A stretch of DNA of 64,000 bases from Mobula birostris (Eukaryota). Every line of letters begins with the position of its first letter. The first letter of the stretch is position 1. The notes under the pieces are model-generated. The model had not been told where the DNA came from, did no database searches, and worked only from the letters and a program-made list of their open reading frames with translations. Positions 36,859-48,298 of this stretch are shown piece by piece. The translations under genes were made by a program, and so were the position numbers. The stretch spans positions 127,705,492 through 127,769,491 of the forward strand of contig NC_092372.1 of the NCBI RefSeq assembly GCF_030028105.1. Reading direction: 5' to 3'.

Positions 36859-37656
36859 TATAAACATGAAGTAGTTATCTGGAGCTAATCAGCTGGGAAA
36901 AATAGATAAATAAGAAAGAAGTGTCGGTTGAATGAATGAAAGAGGCAAGGAACATAAAACCACTCAGATGTAACATAAATAACTATTAGCAAGATAGAAG
37001 TGCTCCATTGCACGAGCAAGCAATAGAGAAAACAAAGGAGAAAAGTTAATTTGAAGTTTCTAAGCAGATAGAAAATATGATGAAAGGATGTGACAAATTG
37101 TATGAAATAAAAATCAATGGAAATGAGATAGCTTTAAATAGCAACCAAAAATCCATAGAATTCATTTATTGCAATGCAGAGAATGTGGGAGTTAAACTGA
37201 AGATTTAGCAGCAATTCTATCACAGGAAGCAATCGATTTTTGAGCAGCAAAAAAATTTCTAGCTGTGAACTAGGCAGAAGGGAAAGTTATTAGGTTTTGT
37301 TATTTATAGGAAGAATTGAATTCATAAGAACAGAGGAAAGGAAAGTAAGGAAAAGCATGCTGTGAAGACATAAAAGGAAAGTGCGGTGAGGATCAATATA
37401 GTTAGAGATCAAAGAGAAAATAGAGGTAAGGCATTAGCAGAGAAAATAGCATGCATAAAATTTTGTGAGGAAGCTGGAAGAAAAGATCAAAGATATGAAG
37501 AAGAAACTTTAATCACATTCACAATGATCGAAACAGGGAGCAAGTAAATAAACGTAAGGGAATTCTAAAGGTGTGGATTCTGCCTTGAACCAAGGTTACT
37601 ATAGGAGATGAAACGCCTGAGAAAAAAAGAGTAATGAACAGAAGGAAATTCGTAGG

Positions 37657-39582
37657 TCTTCTGCCTGCTTTGGATCTCTTTATCACTAACTGCCGACGGG
37701 ACATCAACCGTCTTGACTTCACCACATCTTGTTCCCATTCCAACCTCACTCCTTCCGAACGCTTTGCTCTCCACTCCCTCCGCACTAATCCTCACCTTAC
37801 TATTAAACCCGCCGATAAGGGGGGTGCTGTTGTAGTCTGGCGTACTGACCTCTACCTTGCCGAGGCACAGCAACAACTCACGGATACCTCCTCTTATTTA
37901 ACCCTTGATCGTGACCCCACTAAGGAGCACCAGGCCACTGTCTCCCACACCATCACCGACTTTATCCGCTCAGGGGATCTCCCATCCACTGCTACCAGTC
38001 TTATAGTTCCCACACCTCGCACTTTCCGTTTCTACCTCCTACCCAAGATCCACAAACCTGCCTGTCCTGGCAGACCTGTTGTCTCAGTTTGCTCCTGCCC
38101 CACCAAACTCGTTTCTGTATACCTCGACACGGTTTTATCCCCCCTTGTTCAATCCCTTCCTACCTATGTTCGTGATACTTCTCACTCTCTTAAGCTTTCT
38201 GATGATTTTAAGTTCTCAGGCCCCCACCGTTTTATTTTCACCATGGATGTCCAGTCCCTATATACTTCCATCCCCCATCAGGAAGGTCTCAAAGCCCTCC
38301 GCTTCTTTTTGGATTCCAGACCTAATCAGTTCCCCTCTACCACCACTCTGCTCCGTCTAGCGGAATTAGTCCTACTCTTAATAATTTCTCCTTTGGCTCC
38401 TCCCACTTCCTTCAAACTAAAGGTGTAGCTATGGGCACCTGTATGGGTCCTAGCTATGCCTGTCTTTTTGTTGGCTTTGTGGAACAATCTATGTTCCGTA
38501 CCTATTCTGGTATCTGTCCCGCACTTTTCCTTCGCTACATCGACGACTGCATTGGCGCTGCTTCCTGCACGCATGCTGAGCTCGTTGACTTTATTAACTT
38601 TGCCTCCAACTTTCACCCTGCCCTCAGGTTTACCTGGTCCATTTCCGAAACCTCCCTCCCCTTTCTAGATCTTTCTGTCTCTGTCTCTGGAGACAGCTTA
38701 TCCACTGATGTCTACTATAAGCCTACTGACTCTCACAGCTATCTGGACTATTCCTCTTCTCACCCTGTCTCTTGCAAAAATGCCATCCCCTTCTCGCAAT
38801 TCCTCAAGATGAGGCTTTTCATTCCAGGACGAGGGAGATGTCCTCCTTTTTTAAAGAAAGGGGCTTCGCTTCCTCCACCATCAAGTCTGCACTCAAACGC
38901 ATCTCCCCCATTTCACGCACATCTGCTCTCACTCCATCCTCCCGCCACCCCACTAGGAATAAGGTTCCCCTGGTCCTCACCTACCACCCCACCAGCCTCC
39001 GGGTCCAACATATTATTCTCCGTAACTTCTGCCACCTCCAACGGGATCTCACCACCAAGCACATCTTTTCCTCCCCGCCCTCTTCTGCTTTCTGCAGGGA
39101 TCGCTCCCTACGCGACTCCCTTGTCCATTCGTCCCCCCCCATCCCTCCCCACTGATCTCCCTCCTGGCACTTATCCTTGTAAGTGGAACAAGTGCAACAC
39201 ATGCCCTTACACTTCCTCCCTTACCACCATTCAGGGCCCCAGACAGTCCTTCCAGGTGAGGCGACACTTCACCTGTGAGTCGGCTGGGGTGATATACTGC
39301 GTCCGGTGCTCCCGATGTGGCCTTTTATATATTGGCGAGACCCGACGCAGACTGGGAGACCTCTTTGCTGAACACCTACGCTCTGTCCGCCAGAGAAAGC
39401 AGGATCTCCCAGTGGCCACACATTTTAATTTCACATCCCATTCCCATTCTGACATGTCTATCCACGGCCTCCTCTACTGTAAAGATGAAGCCACACTCAG
39501 GTTGGAGGAACAACACCTTATATTCCGTCTGGGTAGCTTCCAACCTGATGGCATTAACATTGACTTCTCTAACTTCCGCTAA
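37657..39582 (+). pseudogene. PLE reverse transcriptase - GIY-YIG endonuclease (frameshifted)
   Basis: IKPADKGGAVVVW, FYLLPKIHK, MDVQSLYTSIP, GVAMGTCMGPSYA, RYIDD, CKWNKCNTC linker, VIYCVRCSRCGLLYIGET; frameshifts near 38380, 38805 and 39140. Confidence 0.95.
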
Positions 39583-39876
39583 TGCCCCACCTCCCCCTCG
39601 TACCCTATCTGTTATTATTTTTATACACACATTCTTTCTCTCATTCTCCTTTTTCTCCCTCTGTCCCTCTGACTATACCCCTTGCCCATCCTCTGGATTC
39701 CCCCCCCCTTTGTCTTTCTCCCTGGGCCTCCCGTCCCATGATCCTCTCATATCACCTTTGCCAATCACCTGTCCAGCTCTTGGCTCCATTCCTCCCCCTC
39801 CTGTCTTCTCCTATCATTTTGGATCTCCCCCTCCCCCTCCAACTTTCAAATCCCTTACTCACTCTTCCTTCAGTTT

Positions 39877-39910
39877 GTCCTGACGAAGGGTCTCGGCCTG
39901 AAACGTTGAC
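39877..39910 (+). ncRNA. Minimal type-I hammerhead ribozyme motif
   Basis: GUC-CUGACGA-A-GGGU(CUCG)GCCU-GAAAC-GUU/GAC: conserved core, stems I and II, and a palindromic AACGUU mini stem III. Confidence 0.8.
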
Positions 39911-40744
39911 TGTACCTCTTCCTAGAGATGCTGCCTGGCCTGCTGTGTTCACCAGCAACTTTGATGTGTGTTGCTAGAAATTCGTAGGAATTTTGTTTCA
40001 TTGTTTACAAATGAGAAAGGATCAAGAAAAATTTTCAGTCCCATGAAGCAGCAAACTTCCTGCAACTGGTCTCTGCATTGCTACTCACCTTAAACATAAG
40101 GATTGCAGCTGAATTGAAAAAGCACCAAACCTTCTAGGCAACCCTCAGGGTCAAGTTTCACAGCAGTTGGAATCCAGAGGCAGAGCACAAAACACTGCAA
40201 ACCATCTCATGGGAACATATCTGCAGAACTGTTAGCATGCTGATAACCTAAATCTGCTTTTATTGTCTTATGGTCTAATGTTAGTTTTGGTGTGGTGCAG
40301 CCAGCCACAGGAATGGCTACATGTTAGAAAAGCATGTACAAAGTTATTGCATAGATTTAATAAATTGAATTTACTTAAAAATACTTAATTGCTTCAAACA
40401 ATTGCACCTGTTTGTCCTTTAGTGTTGACTTCAATCAACTTAGGTTCCTGCCAAAGTGTGTTTCCACCATTGTATATTTACATTGTAGCTCAGAGGGGTA
40501 ATGAAGAAAAAGGAATTGGTTGATCAGATCAATTACACTAACTGTCCTGAATCAGCACGCAAACATTCATAGCAGACGTTCTACTTTCAGACGTCGAGAG
40601 AAACGGAAACGAAGACAGAGACAGACAGACAGACACAGACACTCTCATGTACCAACATCCACGTTCATCCGGACATCAAATGTTCAATATTTGCATATGT
40701 TAATTTATGCTCTCAGCCTCAGTTCTCACATGAATCCAAATAAG

Positions 40745-40976
40745 TGACCATTCACAATCACAATTTCATTGACCATCCACCCATATTCCAATGGACCATC
40801 CACACGCTCAATTCCATTGACGATCCACACTGTCATTCCCATTGGCCATCCGCACTCTCATTCCCATTGGCCATCCGCACTCTCATTCCCATTGGCCATC
40901 CACTCTCACATTTCCATTGGCCATCCACACTCTCATTCTCATTGGCCATCAACACTCTCATTCCCATTGGCCATCT
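40745..40976. repeat. 25-bp minisatellite
   Basis: Unit cattcccattggccatccgcactct; ~6 good copies at 40834-40976 and decayed copies upstream. Confidence 0.9.
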
Positions 40977-43342
40977 AAACTTATTTTTATTGACCAACCA
41001 CTCCCACATTCCCAGGGAGCAACTTGCATATATTTTTGTATTCATGATAGCTTGACCATGTCATTATTCACACTGAATATTCTCCATCGAGATTCACACT
41101 AAACTCACGTGGACTGTTTTGGATCACCTTTCCTACTCCGTCTCAGCCTGCTCATCCTCTGTCATCATTTATAATGAACCTCACACTATCCCTGTTTTAT
41201 CAGCCTTGGGAGCCAATTTTCCATTTACTCTGATTGCCTTGTGTGAGCATTCTCACTCACACTGACTGCTTTATCTTCATTGTCACCGTCCTTTGTGTCA
41301 AGTGAGATTTAATAGATCAGGCTGAGACATAGCAGATATAACCCATTTCCACTCCCTGATTTAGCTGAACGCATCAGAAAATATTTGTCAGCAGTGTTGA
41401 GTGTTGTGCATTTGATGAAGAAGACATCTCACCCTGAAGATTGATGGAAGCTGTGTGCAAAAGGGAATCACCTTTCCCATGTATCGTTCTCTATCACTGT
41501 GAGTATTATTTAATGTCATCTTACTTCAAAATCGATATCCACATTGTTTGGCAGTACACAATAATAGCCTATGCTCATATAGCTTGACAGGATGGCTTCA
41601 ATCTACTTGCATCACTTGTTTCTGATCAGCTGATACTGAAAGGATCAAATTTGGAACACCTTTTTCCCCATTCCTTGTTGCTTGCCAGCTGTCCTCATCT
41701 CATATGCCTCTCCTCTTTCTCTCGCATGAGACAACTGCAGCAGTGCATGGAACTTTCATCAGCAACATAATGTTGATATCACTTGTGTAGATTTTCACAA
41801 ATAATAACAGCAGAGGCATTTTATGTTTAATGAATGCCTTAAGAACTCATTTATTGTACCCCAAACACTGAAAATAATGCATGGTTATACATTTTACATA
41901 ATTACCTCATCACATCAGACCAGCCTCTTAAAGGGAACCCAACTTAATGTTGGTGGTTGTGAATTATGTAAATTTCTCCCATTATGTCACCCTGCAAACC
42001 CCCCCCCCCACCCCCCAGAATTAACTAAAACCGGCACTGTGAACCTCTCTGGAGATCAGACGAGCAGTCTCGCTTGCATCCTATGTTTCATGGATAGAGT
42101 AACAGAAGGTTCCTGGCTTATCCAGAGGCGAGTTGTCACACTCACAATCATGTCATGACACTGGGGACATGATAATTGAATCCTCTAAATCTGGTGGGCT
42201 GGTTTAAGATGATCCACTGAAAAACATTCAGGTTTACCCTTTTATCTATGATCAAAGACTTTTCTCCCCATTCTAAAATGTGGAACAGGCCATCATCAGG
42301 TGGCCTTAGGGGATGTTGGTGTGCGTCATGGTGGACCATACAAACGAGGTGGAATGTGGGTCAACAGGAACCCAGGCGTGCTGTACACCATGGTGGGAGG
42401 TGGGAATAAGCAAAGAGGAATTGAATTTACTGAGCGTGGTGGAACGCTATCGAGAGGCCGACCTGGCAGTTGAGGCATCAGGAATAAAATCCTCTGGTAC
42501 TCGTAACAGCTGTCCATATACCAACTCAGACACGGCCGACAGCAGGACTCATGGAAGATGATCATGCCAACACTCTTCGCTCAGGGAAGCCCTCAGAGCT
42601 GCCCTTAAGGAATGGTGAAGCCGGCCACGTGTGGGTGATATGCTGTGGTGTGATGTAGCCCAATGCTGAGGCTCTGGGCCATCACAACCCAGAGGTCTGA
42701 TATGAACTGGGGACTGCAGTCAGAGGAAATATGAGATGGGGTGCCAAACTGAGTAAACCAGGTGGTGATGAACGCTGGAGCCACGTCTGTGGCTGTTGTT
42801 GATGCTAGGGGGATAACCTCTGGCTCCCTGGTGGTTCTGTCAACCTTAGTAAGGAGGTTCGTTAAACTGCAGGGGGAGGAACAACAAGATCCACATTGAC
42901 ATGGTCAATCCATCACTCGGGGAACTCAAAAGGTGCCAATGGCACCTGAACATGACAGTTCACTGTTGCCCACTGGCACTCCACATAGGCTGCAGTCCAA
43001 TCACACACATCCCTTCTAAAGCCATGCCACACAAACTTTAGTACAATCAGTTTCTGTGAGGCTTTCCAGCCCAGATACGAGAGACCATGTGCGGAGACAA
43101 AAGCAGTCCGCCTCCAGTATGGGGTGAGAGCATCTGCTCAGGAGGGAAACCCCAGCTTTCCTGAACTTATCGTAAGCCAACCACAGGCCCATAACTGACG
43201 TTCGGTAAGCCTGGACTGCTGGGTCACTAGCTTGGATGGCTGCCATGTCAGCATAGACAACCCCTATGTGTATGACCTCAATGGCTGGCTGTGAGAGGCA
43301 AGCAGTCATGGCATCATTTTCGCCATGATATGTTGTATATTA

Positions 43343-43632
43343 ATCAGAATCAGAATCAGATTTATTATCATCAGCATGTGACGTGAAATTTGTTAACTTA
43401 GCACCAGCAGTTCAATGCAATACATAATATAGAAGAGAGAAAAATAAATAAATAAATAAATAAATAAGTCAATTACAGTATACCTATACTGAATAGATTA
43501 AAAAACAAAAAAAACAGAAATAGTGTATATTAAAAAAGTGAGGTATTGGCCAAGGGTTCAATGTCCATTTAGAAATCGGCTGTCAGAGGGGAAGAAGCTG
43601 TTCCTGAATCGCTGAGTGTGTGCCTTCAGGCT
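43343..43632 (-). mobile_element. Rex1/Babar 3' fragment nested in the Gypsy
   Basis: (AATCAG)n tail; reverse complement of 21860-22136. Confidence 0.88.
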
Positions 43633-44035
43633 TAGCCATGAACTCTGATATGTAGGCCAGTTGGGATTGCTGCCATGCAAACCAAGGGTCTGATATTTTG
43701 GGCATCACATGCACAAGGGGTTTGTGGCCAACAAACACTGTGAAATGGTGACCCTCTAGAAGAAAACGAAAATGGTGAACAACAGATAGAGACAAAGAAG
43801 CTCACAGTCAAATGTACTGTACTTGCTTCAGTAGGATGGAGCTGTTGAATGAAGAAGGTGAGTGGCTGCCACAGACCTCTGACCAATAGTTCATGCACAG
43901 CACCCACATCGGTAGGTATTAGCAGTAATGTCTACAGGGACATTGGGGAGTGGGTGTCGTATTGCAAAGAGCTTGTTTGGTATCATCATATGCCCAGATC
44001 ATATCTGCTGACCAGCCAATCATTGATTAGGGGTA

Positions 44036-44133
44036 ACACACATCAAAGTTGCTGGTGAATGCAGCAGGCCAGGCAGCATCTCTAGGAAGAGGTACAGTAG
44101 ACGTTTCAGGTCGAGACCCTTCGTCAGAACTCG
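44036..44133 (-). mobile_element. 98-bp hammerhead mini-PLE insertion
   Basis: Perfect 12-bp TSD tgattaggggta (44024-44035 / 44134-44145); minus strand ctgacgaagggtctcgacctgaaacgtc has an intact core. Confidence 0.92.
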
Positions 44134-46653
44134 TGATTAGGGGTATTGTCTTTAAGCACACTATACAGGGGGAGCATAAATACAGCAGCTCATGGAATGA
44201 ATCGTTGATAGAAATTGGCTACGCCTAAAGAGTCCTATAGTTTTTTAGTAGTGTGGGGTGATGGAAATTGATAATAACGGTTACTTTTGATGGGAGGGGT
44301 TTTGCACCTACTGAGGAGATGTGATGGCCGAGAAAGTCAATGTTGACAACCCAGACTGGCAGCAAAAGTTTTCAGGGATGAGATACTGGTTCGGATTTGG
44401 ACACACTAGTGAGCAGTATGCCATCCAGGTAAACTAAAAGAAAATCTTTTATACAGGGTCCATCAGCTGTTGCAAAGCCTATGCTGCATCTTTCAGCCTG
44501 AGCGGCATGCACAGAAACTCAAAGAGGTCAAACGGGGTTATCACAGCTGTTTTGGGAATGTCCTCAGAGGACACATGCACCTGATGGTACCCCTAACTAG
44601 ATCAACTTCAGAAAAAATTAATTTTCTGGCTAAACTTACTGAAAATCCACGGATGTGTGGGGCTGGGGAATGAGGGGCAGTGGTGGCCTCGTTAAGGCTT
44701 TGGTAATAACCACTTGGGCAGCAACCACCATCGGACTTAGGGACCATATAGAGGGGTGAAGCCCAGCAGCTGCTCGATCGGCATACAATGAGGGACAAGA
44801 GACTTTATTGCTCTTTACCTTCTCACCAATAGGCAATTCTGGCAGCACTCTCACTCGGGCACCCGTGTCACACAGGAAGCGTTGTCCTGAGAGGGTGTCT
44901 GTGATAAGCAGTAGACTACCTTGGCAGCTGGAACCCATGGTGTTCACAGACCTCTGATGTCCCAGTGCATTGGAACTGTTAAAGCAGCAAGGCAGTCGGC
45001 ACTTCCTAGTGCTCATACCGATGTGAGTGTGGTAAGAACACAGGTCCTGGGTCATCTATTTACGTCCTTATATCGGGGGCCTTGCTGACCGGGCTTATTG
45101 AGGTTAGAGAAAGGAGGAGGAATGATGCACCGCTGCCCGGCTGCGTGTAGACCATCAGCCATTTTAGCAAGCTCCCTATGGTCCTTCATAGGTTCATTAG
45201 CGAGGGCTATGCAAACTGGATCAGGCATTTGCTGCATGAAAAGTTCTTTGAAAATAAAACAGAGATTTCCCAGGAGAGACAGGGCATGGTCCATTAGCTC
45301 CGGTGGCTTAGCATCACTGAGGCTGGGCAAGCAGAACAACTGCTTGGCACACTTCCCATTGTCCGAAGTCTGAGTTTTCAGCGATCAGTATTTATCATGT
45401 TCGGGCGGGTATTCTAGTAGAATCACCACTCTTTCAGCCATAGAGTGGTGAGTTGCACCACCATATCGAAATATTTGGTGTTGTCGGTGGAGATTTCTCA
45501 CAGCGCGAATTGGACCTTGGCCTGTACAAACCAAACGCCAGCATTTTGCTCCCAAAACTCCGGCAGTTTCAAAGTGACTGAATTGGCCAACATGTTCAAT
45601 AACTCTGGATTAGTCCTAGAGGATCAGAGTCACAAATATAGATTTCTGCAAATAAAATGGAAGAGGTGTTTAATGTTTTAAAAAAGCCATAACAACTCAT
45701 TTATTGTACTCAAAACACTGAACACAAAGTGTGGTAAAAACTTCATGTAGGTAGACCAGCATGTCAGACAGTTTCTTCATGTCAAACCTCAACTCAATGT
45801 CAGTGATTGTGAATTATGTACATTTCCACCAGTTATGTTACCCTACACTTATACCTCTTATGATTCACATATCTCGTCGAAGTCAGTGCATCCACACTAA
45901 GACACAGCTTTATCAGATGTTATTCTCAATGTAGAATAGCTTGCAGTTTCTAACTGCATCTGAAGAATGTCTCTGTTGGGCTTCTGCAGCTAAATTTTAT
46001 ATCTGCATATTTGCAAAGGACCAACATGGTCTACAGTCTTTTGTTTTCATACTGGATCTAGCAGTTGATAAAGTGGTAATAATCCAATTGTATGAAAACA
46101 TCACATTGTGAACTGTGAAATAACTTCGCCTACAAGACTCAGAACCTGAGACAGGGACTACAAAGATTGTAAGTGGAAAAAATGTTTCAAAGAACCTGTC
46201 TGAGCAACGTTATTTTAATCTTTCAAATTTTTGTAGCTTTATTCACCAACTGTTAAATCTTCCACTTTCTACCTGTAATTAATATATTTGACTACAGATC
46301 TTGGCATCTTGTTCAGGGTATTTCTTTATTTTCACCCACTGTTTAAAGAAATTTACTCAGTTTCTAGCTTTGATCTCAATAAAAAGGTCTCCACATGAAA
46401 CAATAACCTGTCACTTTGGGAACTTCTGGATTTGTCTTTTATCTCTAAAATGTTAGCGGTTATGTGATAGTATTCTCTTTTAGTTTTCCCTTAACATCTG
46501 AGGGAAGTTGTGGCAGAGAAGAGTACTGTCTCACTGTACTCATTATGTCAATCACCTGTGACGATTGGCTTCTTGTTATGATGGTTCCTCTGACTGCTGA
46601 GCACTAATTCTCCAAGTCTTTTTGAAATACATAATTTCCTTGTTTGCATATAT

Positions 46654-47230
46654 GTTGTTGTTGTTGTTGTTGTTCGTCCATCGTTGACGTCGAAGAGGAC
46701 CTCGACATCATAATGATGGTGTCGAGACTAGCGCGTGATTTGGATTTAAGTGAGGGAGAGTTGTGCAGCGTCAGCCTCACTCTCTCTTCCCAATTCCCAT
46801 CTGGATCCAGTGGCAAGACAGAGTCTAGACGGCTGGAGATGGGACTAGGCGCAGTGGATGACCAGGACGTCTTCTGTGTCTTGTCCTGCTCTACACGTTC
46901 CACGACGCTTGCAGAGACCGCCTTCTTGACCGTTGGACCTTCCGCTGGTCTCGTCCGCTCAATCCGCCGGAGTCTGTCTTCACATGCTGGGATAGACAAC
47001 TCCCTATCTCACCGAGGGTTTGAGACCCGTCGGCTACCCTCACCTGGTTTAGCCGGTTTGTCGAAGCCGTTGCCCGGGGTGTGGCCGCTGACGCATGCAA
47101 ACAGCTACGGGGAGCCACAGGTGAGAGCTGAGTGCCAGGTGGGGACCAAAGGTGGACTAACCGCCTTGAAAAGGACACGACATGTTCCCCCACCAGAGGT
47201 GCTACCCCTCCCTGACACCCCATACACCCA
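46654..47230 (-). mobile_element. Young, CpG-rich non-autonomous RTE-type retroposon with (CAA)n tail and 5' HDV-like ribozyme
   Basis: (TTG)n at 46653-46674; TSD tgcatatat (46645-46653 / 47231-47239); many intact CpGs; no tRNA A/B boxes. Confidence 0.85.
47036..47221 (-). ncRNA. HDV-like self-cleaving ribozyme (predicted)
   Basis: P1 GGGGUGU/ACACCCC; P2 GCUCUCACCUGU/A(C)CAGGUGAGGGU; P3 GGC/GCC; L3 UCCCCGU plus hairpin; P1.1 CC/GG; GCAA; P4 CGG..CCG; J4/2 G-C-U-A-A. Confidence 0.8.
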
Positions 47231-48029
47231 TGCATATATACATGCATATATATAAATGTACCCAAACTGTAAGGGAGACTTCAGCTTGAAGTACAAGTGT
47301 AAAGCAGTGCATCATCTATCTGGATGGACACTTGAACCACCAAGGCATAGGGGCCTGTTATGTGGTGGGTCAGTCAAAAGTCATTGAGTGGCCCGTTTGA
47401 AGAATGCAGCAGCTCTTACACATCAGTTGCCTTGAGTGCCACGGCACTGGTGTCCGGTTTCAGACTCCCCCGTGGTATAAGAGTAGCACATGCAGGAGGC
47501 TCAGCCTCTTTTCTTTCTTCCCCACGGCCCACCGCAGGCTGAGGTTGTGATCAGTGCTGAAGAACCGTTGGGGAAAGTATGCTGCACATGTAAAGGAACC
47601 CGCACACCCTCTGCTTGTGGAATTTTAGTATCATAGTTTGTGTAACTTAGGGTGGCTTAGTTATTTGGTTGACCGTTTTACTGTTTCTGTCAATAAATAA
47701 TTAATGTGCTTATTCTTAATGAGTGTCTTCTGTCTCACTTATCAAACTATGAACTTGCTTCTTCCTAACAGAGGCTATAGACCAAATACTGGTAACTGGG
47801 ATTAATATAGACAGGCACTTGAGGGTTGGAGTGGAGTGGATGGGCCGAAGGGCTGGTTTGTGTACTGTATGATAACATGACTCTCCGAGGTATAAGAAAT
47901 CTTCCAATTTGGTTTTACATTGGTCCCAGTTTTCAGTAAGTATTGCACATTGACAACCATCTGAACCATTAACTTCAATGATTCTTTGAATGCGAGTGGG
48001 TACCTACAGTGATAAGTTAATTGCCTGGT

Positions 48030-48298
48030 ATTGATAAAACTTTCCATCCATTTGAAGCTCACCCCGGAAAGCCACTATATGACTGCCATCCAATTTCTGA
48101 GTGGACTTTGAATCCATGAATGCTATCTCGCTACTTTCTATTTTTTATTTTCACGCTAATTTAACTATTTTATTTACACACACCTACTATAGTACACGGT
48201 TTTATCTCTTTTTTTATGTATTACGTTGTACTGCTGCCACAAAACAACAAATTTCGCAACATATGCCAGTGATATTAAACCTGACTGATTCTGATTTC
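48030..48298 (+). mobile_element. Rex1/Babar 3' tail fragment
   Basis: actgccatccaatttctgagtggac...tgtactgctgccacaaaacaacaaatttc...aaacctgactgattctgatt. Confidence 0.7.

Larger units (their letters stand above)
37657..39976 (+). mobile_element. Neptune-clade Penelope-like element, 5'-truncated
   Basis: 12-bp TSD gaaattcgtagg (37645-37656 / 39977-39988); RT, Cys linker, GIY-YIG and hammerhead tail. Confidence 0.97.
41786..45847 (-). mobile_element. Old Gypsy LTR retrotransposon with short LTRs, degenerate
   Basis: LTRs 45637-45847 and 41786-41996 (diverged); TSD cttg/ctta; G-rich PPT at 41999-42016; gag VTLKLPEFW, protease CDTGA, RT WASPLYMVPKSDGG...FSEVDLVRG, RNase H FRFLLEGHHFTVFVGHKPL. 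Confidence 0.9.

Noticed and set aside
36880-37640. Purine-rich stretch as a host coding exon
   Set aside because: No sustained ORF; it looks like a very old LINE (CR1-like) remnant, too decayed to call.
37634-38428. Intact 264-aa protein starting MNRRKF
   Set aside because: The ATG lies in flanking DNA upstream of the TSD; this is a chance fusion to a truncated, frameshifted PLE RT.
40745-40976. CRISPR-like array (also 3320-3872 and 8748-8985)
   Set aside because: The units are contiguous with no unique spacers, there are no cas genes, and the context is eukaryotic.
46644-47255. 203-aa ORF with a poly-Cys start
   Set aside because: It is the antisense reading of the GC-rich non-coding retroposon; the poly-Cys comes from the (TTG)n tail and no domain is recognisable.
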